Origin: Takakia lepidozioides
Lineage: Eukaryota; Plantae; Bryophyta
DNA: 64,000 bases
Direction: 5' to 3'
NCBI GenBank assembly: GCA_030704615.1
Contig: CM060733.1
Coordinates: forward strand, 24,614,001 to 24,678,000
A program made the translations under genes and the position numbers. Under the pieces are notes generated by a model. It had not been told where the DNA came from. It was given only the letters and a program-made list of their open reading frames with translations, and searched no databases. Numbering within the stretch: the stretch's first letter is position 1; every line of letters starts with the position of its first letter. Positions 52,201 through 64,000 of this stretch are shown in pieces.

Positions 52201-55200
52201 CTCAGGAGAAGATACATGTTGGGGTGGATGATGTGCGGACCAATGAGCAGGAGCAACACCAGCGGCAGCGCAAATTTGCCTTGCACATGGCCCACTCGCT
52301 AATGACATTGCAGAGAACGGCAGGCGGGTGGGACACTTTGCTGCTGGTGATCAGCAAGTATGCCAATTTTCTTGTGTTTCCAGCTACACCCCTTACTCCT
52401 GCAAGTGCTTTGAATGGTGGAGTGATAAGCTCTTCGCACAAAACTTTGCTGGCACAGACAACCTCTGAGATTGCATGGGCCCACTTTGAGGCTGCACGCA
52501 ACCTTCTACTGCTGCTGGGCTATGTTGTGAAACTTCGAAGTCAGGTGGGTTGTGTGCATTGCAGACTCGATAATGCAGTAGCCAGTTTGCAGGAAAAGAG
52601 GTGCAGTTTGCAACCATGTTGATGAAGGTCAAAGCAGGAGCCCTGATCGTGACCTAATATCAGGCCATAGTGTGTCACTTGGAATCACATCCTATATTGT
52701 GTGGTCTAGAATATGGTGAAAATTACTTTGGCCTTTTTGAGTCGTAGCTGTCCTTTGCAAAGCGGTTTTAAAGGATGCAAGTACTTAACTGCTGGGATTT
52801 GCAGTCCTTAGAAGGATGTGTAGGCTAGTGAGCTTGGTTGTAAGAGCTTTCTGGAAAATGGCAAGAGGAAGACCAGCTGGTTCCTCCTTCCTCCTCATGA
52901 TACATCATGGTGTGTGACCAGGTGGGCCTTAGTACAAGTGAAGTGGCGAAAATCCAGTTGCATATCATCCCTCAAGTCCAGGAGGCAGTAACTGTCAGTC
53001 TCCTTCTTCATTGGCTGACTGTTACTTTTGCAGAAGTTCCCCCTCCAGAGGACTTCAGCTCCCAGCTTTCCTTGCTACGCCTTGGTAAGTGACTTATTGT
53101 TTAATCGGGGCCTGGTTGCTTGTTTGCTCCCATCAATCTCCCTTTGATCTTCCACATACAGATGTGCTTGCGATCTGAGAGGCTGAGATTTGTCTAGTCT
53201 GATGGCAGTACAGCCTTTCATTTGCTTACTCTGCAGATGGAAACAGTAGCAGTGCTGGGGAAGGAAGACTGGAGACAAGGGATTTAACTTTAGCAGAACT
53301 CCTGATATCAACATTTCTGGAGGTGATTGAACTGGAATCAAGTCTTCCAACAGCAGCTGTACCGAATCTGGAGAGGCTACTCACACAAGCCTGGCAATTC
53401 ATTAGCTGGTTGCTGTTGGGAGAGAATGGGGAACTTCCTCTGAGATTCTCTGGGCGAACTATTTCACTATCCAACATTCTGTTGCAGCATGGTCAATATA
53501 GTAGCCTTGAGGTGAGTTGGTTAGTGGTAGCTTGTTTGTGTTAACTTGTCTGCCAAACTGTATTGCCAGCTATCTGGGATACATGGTTCGGAGTTTGGAC
53601 CATCTGGAATGCTTGCATAACAAAGTGATGTAAGTGTAGCATGCTCCCATTGTGCTTGTTGAATGGGCAGAGGTTCTTGGTGATCGTGGAGCAATTTTCC
53701 TCTCAACAAAAACTGGCAGAGGGTGTGAGGACAGTGGATGGGCATTGGAGTGTGCGTCTCCATCTGCTGGGCTTCTGTCTTCTAGCACGTGCTCGCACTG
53801 GGATTCAGGATGGTGCTAAAGATAAGCGTATTGCAGAGGCCATCCGCTGCTTCTTCAGGTCTGTTTCCATTCCTACCTTCTTCAATGGTCCCTGTGGTAA
53901 GTTAACTAGGGTGTTGCAGCTGTTAATTTGGTTACTCACTCTTGTAGCCTCATGAGGTGGCTAGATGTAAATTTTTTGTTCCTGCTGTGGTTCTGCAGAG
54001 TCCGAGAACAGTAGAGATGGATGGTCACATTATACACATTGGATGCAGCCTTCCTCCCAGAGGGATCTGGATTACATCAGAGTAAAACTTTGGTTGGATT
54101 CTAGTCAGTACGGACTAAAGCTCTTAAGTACTATCTTCGCACATCTGCACAGCAAACTAAACAGGAACGAATATTGCAGCACCAAAACAAGTACTTAAGA
54201 GGGCTTCTTAATACTTTTGCTTATTGATGAGATCAGGGCAGCATCAGGCTTGGGAGAGGCGAAGGACGCATTGCAGTCTCTTGTCTTGGGAACTGGATAC
54301 CAGCAAAATTTGCCAGGCATGCATGTTTCTCCCTGTCCTCAAGTCAAACTTGTGCTTGATTGTTCATTTTGAAAGATATGCACTCATTATTTGGAGGAAA
54401 AAATTAAAACCTCCAATTCACCATAAGGCATACACACTGCAAGCAGGAAGAGCAAGCTCACGAAACCCCTAACAAGAAGGCCAAAGCGAGCAAATATTGA
54501 AATGGGGACAAGCACCCCAAACAAGGGGCACAAATTGTAAGAACCTAAGAGCGAACGTAGCAGAACAGCAACAAAACAAACCCTTCATTGCATGGCCGAA
54601 TCAGAACCAGGGCAAGCCCCCAGAGATGGGGGAAAAAACAAGAGAAACCAAGATGCAAGGTCAGGGAGGATCTAGACCCTCCCATTGAGGCAGGAGACAT
54701 TGCATGAACAGTTTCAAGTATTTTGCCTAAATTTCCAAGAAATTTCATAGCATCCAAAAACAATTACACAAAACAAATATTATAATATATTAAAGTGTCT
54801 ATGTGTGGTGCCAGGCAGCACACCAAGCTGATAGGTCAGTTTTTTTAAATAGATAAATTGCCTAAATTTTTATACCATATAGCCTAATTAGTGGGAAAGT
54901 ATGATGATGTGCTGAACCTGCTTTAATCTGTAGAAGTTAATTATTCGGCACCAAAGTCCTGAACCTTACCAAGGAGTCCGGAATTCATTTATATGTGTTT
55001 ACACTATATGTGCAGAGTACTTCTTGCCAGTCCTAGACTATCTGTTTCTGTAGTTAATTTATATTGATATTGTGGTCCTCTGTTCAAATCCTCAGGCCTA
55101 TTTTGGAGGTCACCTGATGTAGTCAAAGGGTCACTATCAAACTTCTTACCTACAACTAGGTAGGGCCATTTTTGCATGATCTCTGCAAAAATTGTGCCTG

Positions 55201-58200
55201 CCAGTAGCAGGATGTGTGAGCAACTGGGTCATGACTACCAATTCAAGAACTTGGAGGTGCATGCAAATGGATGTGCCCTAGCCTAACAAGCATGCTTGAT
55301 TCGTTATTTTTGTATCCCCCATATTAACGAACATCGGTATGTGCGTCTCCTTAGGGACTTCTTTTACAATGTCCATCGTGTTTTCCACCTGTTATTGCTT
55401 TGCAAGAAGAATTCATGTTTGGTGCATGGCAGGTCGTGGGGCAGCAGCAGCATGGAGGCTGCATTACTTTGAATGGGTAATGCAGATATTTGAGCAATAC
55501 AAATTGAGTGAGGGGGCCCGTCAGTTTGCTCATGCAGCGCTGGAACAGGTTGATGAGGCAGTAGGAGTTTCAGTGATTGACAACACAGAGGACACCAACT
55601 CCAGCACTCTAGGTGCAGCCATAAAGGGTCGCCTTTGGGCCAATGTCTTCAAGTTTTCATTGGATTTGGAGCTTTATGGGGATGCCTATTGTGCCATCAT
55701 CTCCAATCCTGATGAAGAGAGCAAGCACATCTGCCTTCGTCGTTTCATTGTTGTGCTTTGTGAACGCAATGTTACTCAGGTGATTGATGTGCTACCTGCA
55801 TTAGTTCAGCAACAGGTTGGAGAGAGTCTCTTATTTCGTTTCGCTTACCCTTGTGGTTAGAAAGAATGGAGAGGGGAATGGAGGGGGGGTCGACTGATAG
55901 AGTGTCTATTGGCTCCCCAAGTTCAGGAGTAATAAGGACTGCTTGATTTTAGGGGGTTTCCTGGTTACATCCAAGCATTGACATGGAATGTTGGTCTGTG
56001 TGTTGTCGAAGCTTGCATAAAGGATTAGAGCTTCTGATATTCTCAGTATTCCATCAATCTACCCTGTAATATGAGTGAAGCAATCTGTTATACAGGTCCT
56101 GTGTGGCCAAGAGCTACCTTATGCTGGCCTGCTGGAGAAAGTTGATCAGGAGCTGTTGTGGAAGGTGGCATTCTACCCATGTAGTTGGTAAGGTAGATGC
56201 ACATGCAGGCAAGCTTAGTCTTCATACATATTGTGAATACGGGAAAGAGGCCATGTGTGCAGGTTCTTCTGTGAATCTTTACTTCATTCTGCTTGGATTT
56301 GTTGTTATGAGGGCACCAATCTGTCTTTTGGTCAAGAAGGCAAGAAAGGGTAACAGGTCTGAAACTTTTGGACGCATGACAGGCAGAAAACTCAGATGTG
56401 AGTGCAAAACCGAGTCCATACAAGCTGTTGTATGGTTTCCACATGCACCGGCACAATTGGCGGCGGGCAGCGGCTTACATGTACCGCTACAGTATTCGGG
56501 TGCGTCAGGAGTCACGTGTACCTGCCCTGCAAGAGGAGCTGTGTGGTGTGGTGTCAGCCATCAATGCATTGCACTTGGTGGACCCAGCTAATGCATGGTT
56601 TGAGTTGCCCTTTCGTACTTCTGATTGGCCATCGCCCAGCAAACGAAAACGTATAGCTCCAGCAGATCCAGGTCTCTATTGCACTCCTGCCTACTGCAGA
56701 GTTTTAGGTGGGCTTTGTTGATGACTTTGCCCCTAACAGGACAGGCAATTGACAGCATGTACATGGAATTTGGCACATAATCTGGCCCCTACAGCATATG
56801 TTGTTTTTCCTAATTATCAGAAGACTCGCAGTTATGGGTGAGCCACAAGAATGCGTATTTATGATGTGGTATTGCTTGTTCCTTGTGAAGGATCAGCATT
56901 TTCTACACCCCGTGAGAGCAGAGGCGATCATAAAGAACGGCAAGTTGTTGACCTTCAAGATCTGGAGAAGGATTACACTCTTACAATGGCCAGAATGCAG
57001 CTCACACAATCTGATGTCAAGCATCCTGCCATAGGTGAGTATAGAGAGATGTACTCAGGTCTGCTCTGTATGGAAGTTGACCATCATCATACTCCTGATG
57101 ATGGCAGAGTCGCTGTGACAGATTAAGCCCCTTGGGCTTGTCATGGGTTTTTAACTCACCAGGGTATTCAAGTTAGTTTAGCATTGGTGCACAGCTGATT
57201 ACAACCTGCTCAGCCAAATTTTCTTCCAATTATAGCGAGCATATTGTTCTTTGCCTATGTTATGCTAGGTCACGTTTGAGATCTAGAGAGAAGGTGGTTC
57301 CACGAGGTTGAACACATGTTATGATGCACAGGTGGCAATGCATCACCAGAAGAACTGGTGTGGCTCCTAGTGCAGTGCGGGCTGTACGATACAGCCTTTT
57401 CACTCCTTTTTGTTTTCTGGAAGGAGTCTTTACTACTGAGGTCTGTATTCCTACTCAATCTGACCTGATGGTTCTGAAGCTATTTTGGTTAGGACTTCTA
57501 TGTATATCTTGATAGTATTCCTATTGTAGGAGTGAGCATCATGGACTTCCAGGATTTTCTTACCTATATTTCACCTAAACTTTGGAAGTTGGTGCATTGC
57601 AGGGAATTGGAGAAAGTGATGGAAGCAATGTCAAGGAATTGTTGTTTACTTCAGCTACAGGAGGCATCTTCTAGATCTTTTCAGTGAGTCTATATCTTAA
57701 TCAAAAGACCAAAAAACTCTTACATGGGCTTGCTTCCTGCCAGCAGAATTTACTGGGCAATTGGCATTACAGGTGGGGAGGTCCCGAGTATGTACGACTT
57801 CCATCTTGTGCAGTTGAGGGGCATTTATCATATTTGAGGAAGCTCTTGACACCAGATGGGTGAATGTTGGTGATGTTTCTGTTTTCATTGTGCAGAATTA
57901 CTGAGGAGCCAAGGTTGTTGCTGACGTCAGCCTTACCGAAGGATATTGAGGAAACTAAGAAGGGTAGCAGGAGTCAGACAGGTGGCAGCTTACCAGCAAC
58001 TGTAACTGCCCAAAGTTCTTGGCAAGCTCTCCAATCATATCTGGTAATGGCTTTTTTGGTTGATAGTGGGCTAAGCTGTTCCCACTCTGCAACTGCAGTA
58101 CTATCATTCTTACTACCCTGCAATTACTGTTAAATACCTTATGTAGGTTTTGGAGTCATTCAATATCAGATTAGTAGCTCATTTATTACAGCACCTTTGT

Positions 58201-59430
58201 TGTGACTGCTGAATCAAAGAATCGCTTGCTTTGTCTAGGAGAAATACAAGTTGCTGCATCCCCAACTGCCAGTAGTGGTTGCAGAGTCCATCCTGACTGT
58301 GGACAGGGTCATGGAGCTACCTCTCTGGCTTGTCGACATTTTTAAGGCACGTACAGCCTTCCTTGTTGAAGATGCATTATTTCCTTGTGAATTTGATTCC
58401 ACTAGTGTTCAAAGAATTTGTTGTATGTCTATTCTGACTTCCAGTGTCTTTATAGCATTATACAAGGGGCTCTGATGTTGTATTTACCACTAACAATCAA
58501 GTGACATTGCAGGGTGGAAGGGATGCAAGTGCTGTAGGTATGGCTGGCCTTGGAGCAAATCCAGCAGCCCTATTGCGGATCTACTTGGACTTTGACCGGC
58601 TTCCAGAGGCCACTTCTCTTGTGCTGGAGTATCTCCGTGCATGGACTAGTTTGGTACTTGCTTCATACTTTAAACCCTGCTTTATAAGTAGAGGTGTTTC
58701 TTATTCTGTCGACCTAGGTCAGGTATTTTGTAGCAGGTTTGAAGCGGATCACTCATACACCGGCTCTAGATGTGCATGATTCCTAATGAGGAAAGGGTGT
58801 TGGCATGATAGGAACGTTACGCTAACAGATTTGTCCCTGGGTTTTACAGTTGGGTGGCTTCTTTTTAGTGCCCCTATTGTGTAGTCATTTTAGCCACTTC
58901 ACAAAGTCATTGATGAGTCGAGCATAGCTGAGTGCAATCATTTGGTGCAGAGGCCGGCAGATGTGATAAAACGTAAGCATATGTGTGCTGTTTGGTTCCC
59001 CTACACATTGCTGGATCGATTACAATGCTGTCTAGCCAGCTCTGCCGACAAGACACTGCGTGATAACCTTCAATCATCCTTGAATGCTGCTTTGCAGAAA
59101 CATTTCCAGCAGGTAAGAATTGAATTCTTGTGAATAGTCATTTCCATTTCCATTTGATTGAGAAGTTCACCGGCACTTAACAACCGCTGTAGGAGCCTAA
59201 GGTGAGGAACAGCTAAAAGCATCCAGTATGAAGTTTCTCAAAGATCTGTAAAGATAGTAATGGTATAATTTGTTTATTTAAGACCAACTGCAATCATCCT
59301 GAATAGCCAAGTGGTATATATTTCCAGCATTGCCATATAATGCTATATCTCCTGGTTGCATGTGCAGGTGAAGGTGGACTCTGAGGATGCAATGTATTTG
59401 AGGCAGTCTAGTGACTCTCCACCAAGTTGA
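43292..59430 (+). CDS. NUP160: Nuclear pore complex protein NUP160 (multi-exon)
   Basis: MEVPL start, then IWRIHG..VLELTE, FELKD..GLSRLWG, LFALHEDGTVRIWDL, HLLGFCLLARA..EAIRCFFRAASG, WRLHYFEWVMQIFEQ..ARQFAHAALEQVDE, IKGRLWANVFKFSLDL..AYCAIISNPDEESKHICLRRFIVVLCE, PYKLLYGFHMHRHNWRRAAAYMY, LPLWLVDIFK, NPAALLRIYLD, AVWFPYTLLDRL. Stop TGA at 59428-59430. Confidence 0.96.
47144..50087 (+). mobile_element. LINE family A copy 2 (partial APE, RT, Zn knuckle) in a NUP160 intron
   Basis: Near-identical to 2552-5156, with an extra APE piece (GYKWTG..KGVGFFVR..SIWLKL..FVGCVYM). 15-bp TSD TCTTTCTTTCTTTCA at 47129-47143 and 50088-50102. Several frameshifts and a ~31-bp deletion near 48829. Confidence 0.95.
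50103..50702 (+). mobile_element. 3' end of an older, different LINE (family B) with a (CATTT)n tail, split by family A copy 2
   Basis: KLHFY..RPNYLS..LGRFRVGSHNLRIETGRW..REDRLCPAC..IETEEHFFFYCPLY, then a short 3' UTR and CATTTCATTTCATTTCAT at ~50685-50702. The frame continues across the TSD to ~47110. Confidence 0.85.
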
Positions 59431-59833
59431 TTATTGTGACCTTCAGTGTACAGCTTCTATGGTTGATCGTATCAGAATCGGTCATCCCTCAAATTTTGCA
59501 AGGGTTCCATTTGTGAGGAGCCTGTGGTCATCCTCAGGACGGAAGATGTCAGGATGTGAGCCCATCTCCAGTGCTTAGTCAAATGCAGTAAACAAGTTAT
59601 CTCCCAATGAAAGTCTGGAAAATCAATATGATTGCGCATGTAGCAACACCTCTTCTACATCTATCTCATTCTTTTTGAAGTCGTGCAGGATGTCAGCAAC
59701 ATGTCACTCCTAACAAAATGCAAAGAAAATGTGAGGCCTGCAATGTTGTAATTGTGAATTGGTTGTCAAAAGATTGACATAAATTGGGAGTCTCAATTGT
59801 TAGGTAACTAAATTGGTTTGTGGTGTGTCAATA

Positions 59834-60010
59834 ACCAACATGTAGCCCAGCGGTAAGGGCATATACCCTCTTACAAGTGGTTGTGGGTTCAAACCACCTT
59901 GTTGGTTGTTACGAAGGTGTCCACTTTCCTACCGGAAGGCAGTAGCCCTTTTGGGTCAAGTGACACCATAAGTTACGCTTGCTTCGGCAATGTATCCACC
60001 CTTTTTTTTT
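59834..60010 (+). mobile_element. tRNA-derived SINE with T-tail
   Basis: A box TAGCCCAGCGG (59843-59853), B box GGTTCAAACC (59886-59895), T9 tail (60002-60010), and TSD core GTGGTGTGTC at 59820-59829 and 60012-60021. Confidence 0.8.
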
Positions 60011-60829
60011 GGTGGTGTGTCCAATATGCTTCTGTTTTAGAAAAGAACGTTGTGTAGGTGCATTAATCTGTATGTGATTCAATTGAGAATTGTAAGAGGT
60101 TGTACGTTCGTAAGCTGGAAATGGTGAATTATCGTCAATGATTGAAGTAACTCAGATTCATTGTTGGGTTTGCGAAGGTTGATATTAAAATCTCTAGTAA
60201 AATTAAAAAATTCATGAGAGTTTGAAAGCGTCTCGTCCTACAAGTTTAGCAACATTTGTTAAAATATTACGGAGAGTAAATGAGGCTTATATATTGCAAT
60301 AACATGTCTTGTTCCATGGGAATTCTCGTTGAAAGTTGTGGCATTGAATTGGTGTAAATCTTGACATTGTAGTGAAGTAATATTGTTTTATGAAATGGTT
60401 GAACCATTTCCATTGCAGACAAGTGAGTTTTGTAGCGAGAAACAATTGTTAGGTATGTATTATGACCCAACCACAAACTATCCAAATATTTCACGCGCAC
60501 AAAAGCTACTACATATCAGATAATCTCTCAAATTTAGATATGCGCAATACATGGGACAATAGGGGAAATACCTTTTTCGGCCTCATTTATACCCCTCCCT
60601 TTTTTGCTTCTCCACTTTTTGATAATGAGGCTGTGGCTGCTCGTGCTCAAGTGTGCTTTTGTTGTAAGGATTATGTCAAAGTTATGTATACGTCAGGGTT
60701 CTCGAAGATTCGGGATAGTGTATGTTAGTTAGAACGGGTATATATGAGCAATGTGGATAAGATCTGTGGTGGAGTCTTTAAGAGGATTGGATGCTCTTTC
60801 TACCGCGCCTCTCATTTAACAATAATTGG

Positions 60830-63370
60830 GATGTTATGGCGCACGAGCGAGCTGACCCGTGGGCCCCGCGCACGGACGCCAAGCTCCCCCCGCCCGGACC
60901 CCCCCCCCCCCCCCCTGCTGCGCGCGGTCGCCCGACCACGCTCCACCGCGCCCCTAGTCCGCCCGCCAGTCCGCTGCCCGTGAGTCTGATTCCCCTCAGT
61001 CCGCTGTGCCAGTCCCCGCAAGTCCACCCAACAGTCCGCTGTGCCCGTCTGCTGCCCCCAGTCTGCCAGTCCGCGCCGGCCAAAGGATCTGGATCGTCCA
61101 TTCTAAGAAACCCATCTACGTCATCCATGTTTAGGGCATGGAAAATCGCAACATCCTGCCACGAACTCGGCCATTCGTTCTTGTTGTCTCGTTCTTGCGG
61201 CTCTTTGTTGTCCAATGTTGCGGAGCTGACTTTGCACGCATGCGGCTATTCTTCTTGTTTAGGGCGATTTTAATAACGACGAAGGGTGTGCCTGAACATG
61301 AGAGGGCTGGCGGGGCTCTACAGCCACCATCGTGCATATGCTTCCACAATTTTCGCCTTCGTTTTGTGCTAACGTGGTTATTTCTTAGGACGATATGTGG
61401 AAAAATTGCATGCGTTTACGATTTGTGGTGTGTGTCCGAGTCCGAGCTCCTTCGTATGGAGCAGGAAACCATTGGTAACACGATAGCAAAAATCGCAGAA
61501 GCATATCAAGCAGGAGAGCAGTCTGCCCATGCGCTTCTTTCCAATGACGCCGTACAGGTTGTGCCATGCCGTCTTTCACCTATGTGATTTCAGATTTATG
61601 TTCAATTTCCATGTATTGACAGGATCTGCTATATCTACAGGATGTTCGCCCCACAGACCTCAAGACACCGTTTCCCTCCTAGGCAATTCCACAACCCGCC
61701 CATGCTGCTCACGTTGGCTCCACAACCAGAAAATGTGGCTTACTTATAACGCCAACAAATGCACGGATTAGTTCCCCATGCGACCCGTGAGGCTGCCAAG
61801 ACAGGTCCTCCAAGTGTGAACAAACCTACAGACACAGTCATGTTGCGAAGCAGGACCGCATCACTTTGTTAGTCTGCTGAATCGAACCCGACCACAGTAG
61901 TCGCCGAATCCCAATGCACAAGTAGAGCAAAGAAGCGGACTGTCGTGGAGCAGACTTAGGAAGTTCGCGAGGGTCTTGTTGCGAAGAAACCTGCGAAGAA
62001 AGGCAAGTCCGCTATCTTTATGAACAAGGACCGCAAAATGACATTGGATACGGACAAGGAAGTGGTAACGACAAATGCACCAGTGAGTAGTCCTTCCAGT
62101 CTGGTGAGTCTGGTCACTCCAGTCTACTCAGAAGTGTGAGTCTGCTCAGTCCACTCGGTCTGACCTGAGTCTAGTGAGTCCACTCAGTCCGCTCGGTGTG
62201 GACAATCTGATGAATGGAATCAGTCCGCTTAGACCGTTGCGTACATGGATTTTCACACAAGGCCGTGGTCTGTGTGCAGGTTGGGTTCTCGTTTTGCCGT
62301 GGCCCTGCGACAGAATGTGGCGGCCGGCCATGCCATGGTTCAGTTTTATGAAGGCGACCCCCGGTATGAGTGCTCCATCGGGCCTCCGGACTTGAAGCCA
62401 CTTGAGACGGTGGAGTCAGAGTGCACAAATAGAATGTTGGAGCTGTGGTGTCATTTCTATGGTTGAGGAGAAGTACTCAAGTACTGTTGCTCTTCTACTA
62501 GCCTCAACGTGGTATCTTATGATGACATACTGGGACGGGCCACGAGAAATGTATTCTTGCTGGAGCGTCCCTCGGCTCGGCAAAGACATAAAAGACTGCC
62601 TTCATATAATCGTTCCGATTGTGGAGGAGTTGATCTCGCATATCCAGTTTGTTCTGTCGGGCTAGTCTTTTGAATGACATCAATCCGTTTACACTGGCCT
62701 CTCGCTGGTTGAGTCCGTTCAGTCTGCTCAGTCTGGCAAATCTGCCCAGTCTTTTGAATGACGACAGTTTGCTCGGTCTGCCCACTCTGCCGAGTCTGCT
62801 GAGTCTGCTCAATCTGCCGAGTCTGCTGAGTCTGCTCATTATGCCGAGTCTGTTGAGTCCGCTGCGTGTACTAGGACCAAGACCCAGCCTACTTGCGAAT
62901 CTGCAGAGTTTGTTGGAGAGTCAGTTGGAGTGGTCTGCTGAGAGGACTATGGGCTGAGAGTGTGCTGCCATGAGACTCATGAGAATCGTCTTGCAGGGGG
63001 CACTGAAGTGTTGTTGTCATCGACGTGCGGAAAGGCTGTTACACTCACATGAACTCCATCGAGTCATGCATGGTTGCCCATATGTTTTGTCATGGACACG
63101 GAAACTGCATGCGGAGTGTTTAGGCTACAGTGTTGATTCACCGGGTTGGGAGGAGGTTAGGGCATTTCAGTTCAACCAGCCTGAAGTGCCCCAACAGCCA
63201 TTCAGCTGGGAATGTGGGTTTTACGTCATGTCCTTTATCCAAGGATATTATGAATGGCTACAAACTAGGCATAGTCAAACCTCTCCTAAAAAGGCAGAGA
63301 GATGAGTACCTTTCACGAAAAATTGGTTTACGTTCAAGTTTGCACTTGGCCAACGGATGCAGTGTCTTAA
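60830..63370 (+). mobile_element. Degenerate DNA-transposon-like element with a Ulp1 protease remnant and an AGTCYG motif array
   Basis: GC-rich start with a C17 run. KDIKDCLHIIVPIVE (~62580-62630) and VPQQPFSWECGFYVMSFI (~63185-63240, catalytic Gln/Cys region). Many CAGTCCGCT/GAGTCTGCT copies. Confidence 0.65.
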
Positions 63371-63374
63371 ATAC

Positions 63375-64000
63375 CACTAGTAGAAAATCCGGCTTTTACG
63401 TCTGCTATTTTCCAGTCGTATCAGCCTTTTATGACTGCATGACTGCCCAGTCAGATAAACCCAGTCAGTTGTGACAAATGAGTCGTAAGCGCCATAGAGT
63501 CGTATCTGCCAGTCGTGGAGCTCACTGTTGACGTGGCAACAGGGACGCCTAATCATAGTCATTGATAAGACCGTAGTAAATGACTGTGAATCCATGTCAG
63601 CTTCACGTGGAACAGAAGGGATATGCCACGTGTCACAACAAAGAGAAGGCGACAGGGTCTTCACTACTTATACGACTTTCGCGGATTAACCCCATGACAA
63701 CACGTGGACAATACCGGGCATGACACGTGGCACGACAGGGTGAAGAGAGGGGGTCTTCCAAGACTGGCATGTATGACTTCCGCAGTTTAACCCCAGGACA
63801 ACACGTGGCATCAATTTATGCATAATGGGAGTGGTCGTTATGACTGGAACACATGACTTTGAGGGACGGACTCTGGATACCGCACGTGGCACACGGGTAT
63901 GGGCAAACACATGGGGTACAATGAAAGTGCCACGTGGAGAGGGTCTTTGGATGGGAGGCAGTCGTATACATGACTGTGTCCAGGCTGCCATGGTAAACTT
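63375..64000. mobile_element. CACTA transposon terminus, continuing beyond the window
   Basis: CACTAGTAGAAAA TIR at 63375, followed by ATGACT/AGTCRT and CACGTGG subterminal repeats. Predicted TSD is TAC. Confidence 0.85.

Noticed and set aside
62504-62957. ORFs with RLS/LLS repeats as real proteins
   Set aside because: They are translations of the 9-bp GAGTCTGCT repeat on both strands.

Overview
Eukaryotic, intron-rich plant DNA. The gene and transposon content suggests a non-seed land plant (bryophyte, lycophyte or fern type); this is an inference. Three host genes are present: an RCC1-repeat protein gene, probably a HERC-like E3 ligase, on the minus strand running off the left edge (start ~9321); a head-to-head LAF3-type amidohydrolase (10220-16670, +); and NUP160 (43292-59430, +). 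A ~26-kb nest of transposon remnants separates LAF3 from NUP160: two Helitron helicase fragments, a palindrome-studded element with a degenerate FCP1-like domain, a CACTA element whose TnpA-like gene carries an uninterrupted FCP1/NIF phosphatase-like exon next to a palindromic repeat array, a gag/LTR remnant, Ulp1-like remnants and an L1 fragment. A SINE, a Ulp1-bearing element and a second CACTA end follow NUP160. Two signals stand out. (1) A young, poly(A)-less LINE family sits once in an intron of each of the three host genes, always sense to the host, always with a 15-16 bp TSD beginning TCT; one copy is only 32 bp. (2) Several DNA transposons each pair a protein-modifying enzyme domain (CTD-phosphatase-like or SUMO-protease-like) with a private array of short DNA motifs. 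Family assignments come from motif recognition by eye; no database searches were run.
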